Positions 54,719-64,000 of a stretch of DNA of 64,000 nucleotides are shown piece after piece (within the stretch, counting starts at the first letter, position 1; each line of letters starts with the position of its first letter). Source of the DNA: Tubiluchus corallicola (taxonomy: Eukaryota; Animalia; Priapulida). The DNA lies in assembly GCA_030141605.1 (NCBI GenBank), contig JAQGDQ010000108.1:186001-250000 (forward strand), in the 5' to 3' direction. The notes beneath the pieces are model-generated. The model was not told the origin of the DNA. It ran no database searches and saw only the letters and a program-made list of their open reading frames with translations. A program made the translations under genes and the position numbers.

Positions 54719-56412
54719 CAAAATAGCTGTAACTATGACGGTTCATTTCTTTTCAATAGTCGCTATCTCGAGCAGTTGCTTCTTCCGGTTATACAGACCA
54801 TCAGACTTTTATCGTGTTGAACACATCTAATGAAATGGATGTCCTTCTAAAACAATGCGTGTAAGTGGGTAAGTGGACATGCACTCTCGTAATTGAATAT
54901 TTATGTAAGAACTGCCAAGTCGGGTTAGTTGCCTGATGTTAGTAGAAATCTGAATTCAGATGAGAGGAATGATAGTAAAGTCGTAAGCGGATTTTCTTTC
55001 ACTCAATATACTTGCAAAGAGGCAGTGGAGTCAGGAGGCGGCCGTACAATGGGGCGCGGAAGTAGAGTTTGCATCACAAGAGCTCTTATGCTGTGAAATA
55101 TTAATAAATTAAACTTAAACAACGAGACTAAAATTTTTATAAACCGTGTCGGTAAACGTCGTTTGCTTTTCATTAATTACAAAAGTGCTGCTCACTTTGG
55201 ATTCTTGATCCTCATACATCCTCCCCTGCCTTTTCCTTGCTTTTATCCGCATTGATTTCTCATCACAATTTTCTGATACGTTTCTCTTCGAGCTCATTAC
55301 AGATGTTTGATAATTGATAAGATTTAGAGGCAACAAGATGTATTTCGCATCAGCATCAACTAGACGAACCGGAAATGTGTAGTAGAAATGTGAATTTTTA
55401 GGGCAAACGGAGTTGTCACTAGTGTCATAACCCAGCATTTTAGCACACAAAAGAATTTCAAACACATTCTGAAAAATCTTAAAACGAAACTCTCATTAAC
55501 TTTAATTTACGAAATCCATACAATGAATTACATTATATTAGAGTCTATTTAAATGATCAAAACCGATTCAGATTTTTAATAAAAACATGCAATGTTCACA
55601 AAGTTATAACTGACAATTAAAGGAAAAAATTGAAATTAATTACATTCGCAATATGTACCTAGGTGTACTATATATTTCATTGTGATATTGCAATTTACGT
55701 ATACTTTCCTTCTTAATAATTTTTTTTTAAATATGTATTGTATAATTGCAACGTATTTGTATCGCATTGCAATGTATCATAATTGTATGGTGTATAACGT
55801 TGTGCATACAATTATGTTGTGCATTAAAGTGTAATGTTACGAAACCTATATTACACATAATGCTTTTCATAATGATGTATAACATTGAACGGTTTAACCA
55901 ATAAATAATTAATTTAATAACTGTAATTAATGTAATAATGTAATCTAAATAAATACATTAAATAATTTAATTAGTTAAAAATTCTTAGTTAAAACGGCAT
56001 CTGATTCACCGAACCTTGATAATCTCTGACTGTAATTTCTTTTACACAAGAAACAATCTAATCCACCATATTTAGGTATTGCAAAAATTTCGGTCATTTT
56101 TTATAAGCTCTGTTAACTAAAGTAATAGTGCTTCTAATAATTACACCTGTTGAGTTTTCTTTAGCTAAACAAAGATGAAACTAAGTTAAGTTAATTGAAG
56201 TTAAGTTAAAGCTAAATTAATTTACCGGAAATTCATATGTTTATATACCCTTTAAATGATTTTGCTTCTAGAATGATATAAAAACTATTTGATTTTTCAC
56301 AGTTTATGGGGTAAAACACTATAATTTACTATTTTATCTTTGTTTGTCAATTAACCGGATAAACTACTGTGGGTATTGTTAATTAACTCTGGAATTTAAT
56401 TGTTTTTTAATT

Positions 56413-56460
56413 AAGCGGTGAAGATGGTCCTTCTGGGTCTTGCCGAAACCGGTTGGCAAC
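56413..56460 (+). mobile_element. Decayed Penelope-like element end with minimal hammerhead-like motif
   Basis: The sequence reads GTGAAGA-T-GGT...GCC-GAAA-CCGGTT. It matches the CTGAAGAT...CGAAACCGGTC pattern of type I minimal hammerheads in Penelope-like elements, except for C to G at the first core base and a weak stem I. Confidence 0.4.
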
Positions 56461-57847
56461 ATCATGAATTACTTTTTAATTAGAATTTTGCCATTCTTTT
56501 CTGTTACATCGTCACTCATTCCTCTTGTCTTCTAGAATCTGGATAATTCTGTCTGTATAAGCGAGCACCCGCCTGATGATTCCCTTCAAATCCCCTATAT
56601 ACGAGTCAGTATAATTTGCCGCCATGGGACCATTTAGCCGTCGAATAAGTGTAAGCAATGGAACCCAAATATACAACGGACACTAAACGCACTTCTTTCA
56701 CTCGTCAACAGCTTCAAGAGGCCCTTGAGAGGCTGCGTGGCATAAGCGCCGCTTGCGAAACTATGCAAACTTCTACGCTACCGAATGAGGCATTGAAGAT
56801 CCCAAATGAATTCTGAATGAACGAACAAATCTGTTAAGAAATAGACCACAATAGTAGACTGTCACGCAAGCTACAAAGCACGAAAGGTACAAAAGCACGA
56901 AAGGATAAGTTGCGCAATAGTGTAGCTCTTTTAAGAGAAAACAGACCAATTACTACAAGAAAACACCAAGAAACGTTTTCTGCATTTTAGAGGGTAAGTC
57001 AGCAAATTGACCCGACAACAACTAACTAAACGAAACGCATCCATAAGTAGGGTTTATGTTAAAAATGCAGTAATAAGCAGCAAGCACGTTGTATAAAACA
57101 GAGTAACAGCTAAAATTGTAAAACACTTTCTGCGGTATTGTTATTGCCAGAGTTATTATGGCACAGCGGCTCATTGTGAAATTGTATTATGTAATCTACA
57201 ATATTGTGCCGCGGCACTGTTTAACATTACTATGCGTAACATTCAAATGCATCGCCCGCACTTTATTTTTCGAGTGCGTCTAAAGAGGGCGCTAATTCCG
57301 ACGAATGATGCCATTTGCTTTATAATATTGCAGGTGACATCATTTTTGTGCTAATGTAGCACGTGCCACTTTGTCCAAACACGTGTTCATACGCATTTGT
57401 GACAAATAGGCTAGATTAGTTCGAATAAGTATAAATCCAACGTAAACGTAGTAATGCATATTACTAAAGTAAGATTAGTTTCAGTTTTACAGTTCTCTTC
57501 TACTTGGGGCAATTGAAAGCGTCAGTGCGAAACTGCTACTGTTTGTGGAAAAACGTATTTGCGGCCTATGAAACATTCTTTTCCATTTCGCTACAGTGCT
57601 CGAGGTAAAGCACCACACTCTTTATGTTTAGTAAAAAAGACAACCTACATGTACATGAACTTACAGATTAGTTTCCATAGCTGCAGGACAAAAACTTTTC
57701 TGCTTTACTAAACTAGCAGGGCTACAGGATGGCTAGGCTTTCCCACAGACTAAAAGGAATCAGAATTTACTATTTATTCAACACGTTAGGTTTCGAACTA
57801 CATGAGACAGCCTTACACAAAACGTCGAACTGATCTTTTTCAAACGA

Positions 57848-58462
57848 AGCTCCGCTAGCGATTACTTTGTTTTTTGAAAAAATGTAATTATCTAGTTATA
57901 ACGACATAGTTGTCTCGTTTTAACTACTATCTTATAACGATACTAGCACCTTATAACGAGATACTAACTCTTTATAACAATCGATTTAATATCTCATTAT
58001 TACGACATATTTGTCTCGTCATAAGTATACATACAGTACAATTATTGTAATGTCATTTGTAACTCAGAACATGGGCCAAATTTATAACTGAAAATCTCCA
58101 CAAACACAAGTTTTTAAGCTCAGACACAGATTCACTGTTCCCAACACGTCAAGTGCAATATGTCATTTGTTTTTAACCATATACTGAGAAAACAATTTCA
58201 ATGTAGTCTCTGTGAAAAGGATACTTGCTTCTAAACATGCCGTTATAACGAGGTAATAAATCGCTATAACCAGTTAGTATCCAGTTATAACAATGTAGTA
58301 AGTTGTTATAACGAGATCGTAAGTCGATAATAACGAGATATCTCTGCGTAATCAGATACTAATTCATTTTAACGAGTTAGCTTTCGTTATAACGGGATAG
58401 CTATTTCGCTAACGAGATAATAATAATTTTGTTAAAAAAACAAAATTGACACTAGTGGAGCT
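57848..58462. mobile_element. Non-autonomous TIR DNA transposon (MITE-like) with subterminal GTTATAACGAG arrays
   Basis: The left end AGCTCCGCTAGCGATTACTTTGTTTTTTGAAAAAATGTAATTATCTAGTT matches the reverse complement of the right end, AGCTCCACTAGTGTCAATTTTGTTTTTTTAACAAAATTATTATTATCTCGTT. Repeated degenerate (CTC)GTTATAACGAG palindromes lie at ~57890-58025 and ~58240-58420. There is no ORF. Confidence 0.75.
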
Positions 58463-61400
58463 GAAATTGCATTCAAAGTGTAAACCGAATGAGTTTCACT
58501 GCTAGTTTGTCCATATTTTCTTAGTTATTTTAAAGCGGCGACAATATCATTAATTGGTGCTTATACGTATAGTGTATTAAAAAATAAGCAAAACCACTTT
58601 CACCAAAACTATGTATAAGTAAATGAATATGTCTATAATTTAACATTGGTCGAGGTTTTTTAAGCACCTATTATAATTATGAAATAGATGCAAGACACAA
58701 GGCGAGTGTTCTGTTGACGCTTGAATATAACTTTTTCGGTTGCAATGCTATTTTATAGTTTTTGTTTACTTAAATACACTAGAATTTTATTTTGATATGA
58801 TTACAAGCTGAATAACACCAAATCCTACCCTCACCCTCCTGTGTTCCCCACGTAACGTGGTTGCAAGTCACGATAAAATTTAATGAGAAGCATTAAAGAT
58901 CCATTGTTTGACTTACAGATACTAAAAGTACTCACAGCCGCCTGCATATATCACGAATAACTAAACTACGTCCTACTAACTAAACTACAAATTAAATTAA
59001 TAAATGAACTAAATATAATATCTAACAGTTATGGCTAGATGTGCTTAGCTGAATGAGAAACAATTACTACTAGCTATATTTGTAAATATTGTTCACATTT
59101 ATAATAGACTCAAAGATCGTCGTGAAAATCCGTCCCAAGCAAGTTTTGTTCGCTTCCATGATCCGTTTTTCATCTGCTGTTCATGACAATGGCGCCGTCA
59201 GATTGATCCGGGTTTTCTCGGCGCAAAATTGAACTGACGAACGCCCGGCTACATTGCTACGAAGAAATGGTAATTCGTCCGGATAATAGAGCTCCATTGT
59301 GCCAGAGGCTTTTAATATAGCCTCACTTTGATAAGTTGACGTATATTTGCCGTAATTACATTCGCCGGCTTAAAAGAGATTGCTGCTCACGGGTCCCAGG
59401 AGATGAAGGAACCTATCAACGAAGCATAGGTGAGTCTCGGCCTGGTTCATTCTGGTGTTCGACCACAAATCGCGCTCATCCAATAACGCCTTCAGATAAA
59501 AAGTTGATCTTTTCAATTACGTCTCGACTCCCTGATTAATTCCACAGCGCTAATATGCTCAGGGAATCTGGAAGAGGTGGTGGCAAACACGCACAAAAGA
59601 GGCGCGTGCTTGCAGAACGCTCTCGTGGGACGGAATCATCTTTTTATTCGCGCCTCTTCAACGACAAGTGGGCACAAATTCAGACGATGATGAGTTTTGG
59701 AGATTCGCAGCGTTTCTTTGGCAAAACCGCCAGAGAAAACGTTAGAGAAAAGGATGTGGTTACAGAGCGCTTACGTGGCTTTGTCTGGTTACGCAAACAG
59801 TAAAACTGATTTGAGTATACGCTGAGGATGTAGGATAGTTACAGAGGAACCATAAAACCTTTAATACACTGAGTCGGATAAAAATTGTTAATGTTAAATG
59901 GGCTGTGACGGTGGTGATAGTAGAGTGGCTTGAAATAATATGTTAATGGAATAACTCTTTTTATTGTAAACACGGCAGGTTTTGGTGCTGCACCTGTTAA
60001 TATTACAGTATAATAACATAATAAGAAATAAGAAAGTCGGACTAGTTTTGAAACCAAAACCAGCTTTTATGTTATCTGTTTGCTGTGCAGTGTTCACAGA
60101 AAGCACACAAAAGCACTGATCAGCACATGCACGCCACCTGATGCTTGCCAACGCATATTTGTCTAATCTGTCTCGATACGGGGTATAAGTGCCGACTTGG
60201 GCCCGGATTACGGAATCCTGGCTAGCAGACCCGGAATCCCATGCGAACGGATTAAATCTGCGCAAAATATACGGACGAATGTGGGGATCTAATCTCTGTT
60301 TGTTGATGAGCAGACTCGGTCGCGGATTCATTACTGGTATAGTTTACATACAACATGGATACACATGAAGGTTGTCTCACTTAAGCGTCAAGATAGTGAT
60401 GGGACCGTTTCAATTCAACATTATTTTAAGGGTAGTGTGTAGTACAGATGTGAAGGGAAGGTTTACTTCGCCATAAGGGGAAGTATAAAAGTAAGTAAGG
60501 ATGCAGCAAGTTGTGCAGTATTGCATATTAGGTGAAGGTCCTTGTTGTTTAATGAGGATACTGTTCAAACAAAAATGTAATCGGAAGCTAAAAGTGTAGT
60601 GTGGATGTATGCCCGTTAGATCAAGATGGTTTTTGAAAGCATAAGCATGTAGGTACTTTACATAAGGATAGCGTTTAATGACAAGTGTGTAGTATAGATG
60701 TTTGTGCTTTGCGCTTGAGTGCTTTTGAGGGTAAGTTTGTAGTTTGGATACATTTTTCACTTCAACGTGATGTTTCTACATAATGTGTAGTATAAATGTC
60801 CTGCTTCATGTCATAGAAGTAATGGGGACAATGAGTCGGAGAGAGGGTGTGCACTTCGCACCAACGTGATGTTACATGTATAGCATTAAATAGGGATGAT
60901 GGTCTACATAAGGATGTTGTATTTCAGTGTACGTAAATGTGTTAAAATTGTGTTTCGTCCTGTGCACTCTGTAATCAGAGCGTTTCAAGTGAAAGTATTA
61001 GGATTAGAATTTCGTTTATTTTCCTTCTATTAGTACAATAAAACTGTAATGAATTAAAACAAAATATAACATTATAGCTAATTCTTAGTTACTTATTCTT
61101 AGTAGATAGTTAAGAATTGGCGTAGACATAGTGAGGATGCGTGTTTGTATGCAATACAAAGATGTGACCAGTGATAATATGAACATTATTCACCAAGGTG
61201 TATTTGAAAGTAACTGAGTAGTATCGAAAAGTGTCAATTTTGCATCAGGACTGTTTTTTCATTCTAACTGCACGTATAAATAACGATGTGATGATGTTCG
61301 AAGAATTGGAAGAAAATCATTTTAAAAAGTAAAATAGCAATAAGGGAGATGACCAACCTAATGCTTCCTACCAACCATACCGTGAAACCAAGTACGACTT

Positions 61401-62519
61401 ACCCTTTGCGCATGAAAAACCTTCTAAAAATATCACAAAAGCATTTCCGCCGATTTTCACATTTAAACCTATAAATTCTACTGCAACTGATACAAACTAA
61501 TCATTATAAATGCACGAGAACCTATGTATACTGTAAAACGTAGCTGTAACAGAAATGAATTTACAAATTTTACGAAAGTTAAGATGTTCAAGAAACAGGC
61601 TATTGAAACACCAGTGGATTTTGTTTTTTACTTTTTTCTGACTTTTAAATTTGCTTGTAAATTTACAAGTTGTGTAAATTAATGTAAATGTAGTGTGAAT
61701 CAAATAAAAGTACTGTTAATTTAAACATACATTTGCTAATTTAATATAATTTAATCTAATCTAGTCTAATTCACTACTTCGCCCTGTTTTTCTTTGTTTA
61801 GCTGTTTCTGTTTATGACCATGTGATCACCTCAACAGGTCCATCACTATTTGTTTGTTAAACATTGATTCTGGTAGTCGTAAATAGACAAGCTTTACAGG
61901 CCTTCTCTACTGGTAAAAACCTTTACAGACACTCTTCACGTAATTTGAGTAACTAATGCACAGCGATCGTCTGCCAATGTTTTCTTTCTCATTTGCTATT
62001 CTATATCAACTTCGCATTTAGACGTATTAAGCAAGAAAGCTTTTAACAGCATCTGTTTGCAGTTAAAACTCTGTAAGATGAATCTTTTTTATTACTAAAC
62101 GTCTAGAACGTGTCGACTAGATACCTTCGTCTCAGCCTAGACTCCAAACTGAAAATTAAAGCTATTTTTTAAATGCTTTGCAAGGATTACATAACTAGTT
62201 TGTGAGATCACACGTCAAACACACGGTTTTGAAATTACGAATATTCAAATTTAGCAGTAATGAGCGCTTGTAGTGATTGTTAATTACATGAATTTATTAT
62301 TTTTTAGTTTCTCCGATTTTTGGTCAACAAAAAGTATCAACAACTGCATGCATATATACCCATAACTAAATTTTAATTTTAAAGTTGCACAGTATCATTT
62401 GCTATAGTATAGTATATCTTATTTTTTGTATCGCACAGTATCGTATATTATTCGAATATATCTTATCTACTCTATCTTATCTTTCTACTACTACTGCTGC
62501 CATGCTCTATCTTATCTTT

Positions 62520-62617
62520 CTTCTATTCTATTCTATTCTATTCTATTCTATTCTATTCTATTCTATTCTATTCTATTCTATTCTATTCTATTCTATTCTA
62601 TTCTATTCTATTCTATT
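62520..62617. repeat. (CTATT)n pentanucleotide microsatellite
   Basis: Directly visible. It explains the YSILF-repeat ORFs. Confidence 0.97.
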
Positions 62618-63377
62618 TATTCTACTCTTTTCCGACCTGTTCCGTTGCGTTCCATTGTGCTCTATTCTACTCTGTTTAAAAATGAAAATTGTGGAAAACG
62701 CTGTTAATCGTTGCCACCATCATTGTCATATGTCGTCAGCTTTATCACCATAACCGCCACGCTCGGAATCATGATATCGTTCAATGTCATAATTATCGTC
62801 ATTGAAATGTTTCGAAGTCATCATTGCTGTCACAATCATCATCATCATAAACTTTGTGACCACCATAGTCAAATTTCCACATTGATTCCTTTCACAGGGA
62901 TGATATTGAAAGTCTTAGTTTATTTTTACCCGAGTTGTTTTCTTTTTTGCTTTCTTAAATACTAGCTGATTTCAAAATTGTTTTTTGTTTCAGGAAAGAT
63001 GTGAACCATCCACAGCTGTTTACATGTTTATTTGCATTGATCTCTTGGATGAGTAAAGACAGCTTCCTCTTCTTAATTCATTCCCTGATTGGCAGGGTAT
63101 CAGATCACAAACTACTATGTTGGTTTGGTTTTTAAAGTTAAAACATCGCCGTTTTTCGACTGCAATGATATCGTAGAACTGAGTCACTTTGTCACAAATG
63201 GGGCAATGTATGCTTGTGAAATGTATTTTTATACATTTCTTTACAACCACTTTTTCAATGTTTTCTGTTCAGTCTGTTTTAAATTTCAGTGTTATAGTGT
63301 GCAACCCACATTTTGTGTAGTTTAATTTTAGATTTCATTCCTTACAATTAGCCAAGCATGTATGTAAGGTAACTAAG

Positions 63378-63506
<129 letters not shown>

Positions 63507-64000
63507 TATTTCCTGCCAGGTTTTTTCCCCATTTCCTAATAATTCTCACTTGTCCCTGTCACAGTTTTTCAGTTGTGTAGAAAAATAAAATAAACAGCAT
63601 TATGTTAATTTTTATGACAGCTTAATAATTAATTTGTTAAGGTATATTACCTGACGTAGCATTATTTAGCTTATTAAAGTTTGATGAACAATCTGATTTA
63701 TTTTAAAAATAGTTAAACTATAACTAGTTAAAATTTAGTTTTCGTAGAAATAAAAAAATTGTTATTTTACTACAATGATAGCACAGATTTAAATACCGCG
63801 TTTGCGCTAGAAAAAAAGTAAATCTAAAAATAATAATTACTTAATATAATTATAAATATTTTACCTAACGATTATGTTTTTTGAAAAAATAATTTAACAT
63901 GAACAAACCTAATACAAAACATCAAGATCAATGAAATTTATCTTCAATTGTTACATTTTGGGCGATGATTTGTTATTATCACTATTCTAACTTCATTACA

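Noticed and set aside
57890-58420. Regularly spaced palindromic repeats superficially like a CRISPR array
   Set aside because: The locus is eukaryotic, the repeats are short and degenerate, there are no cas genes, and the array is bounded by TIRs.
59894-60331. 145-aa minus-strand ORF, also 55115-55465 and 36518-36703
   Set aside because: No recognisable domain, and the length is compatible with chance in locally GC-richer DNA.

Overview
AT-rich, microsatellite-rich animal (bilaterian invertebrate) genomic DNA. The window holds one recognisable protein-coding gene, a two-exon Six3/6 (optix-type) homeobox gene on the + strand. Its CDS is 25676-26319 plus 34603-34780 (273 aa), with a GT-AG phase-2 intron of 8283 bp just after the homeodomain. 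The other ~63 kb is a gene desert typical of a developmental transcription factor. It contains CpG-containing motif-dense islands (candidate enhancers), long microsatellites, a decayed LINE reverse-transcriptase fragment, a 5S rRNA-derived fragment, a TIR/MITE-like element, a nested foldback repeat and a decayed Penelope-type hammerhead motif. Nearly all other ORFs in the track are microsatellite artefacts or chance ORFs. I see no firm evidence of a new protein-coding system. The most interesting leads are regulatory and inferential: a second promoter-like module at the left edge, and divergently oriented CTCF-like motifs between it and Six3/6.
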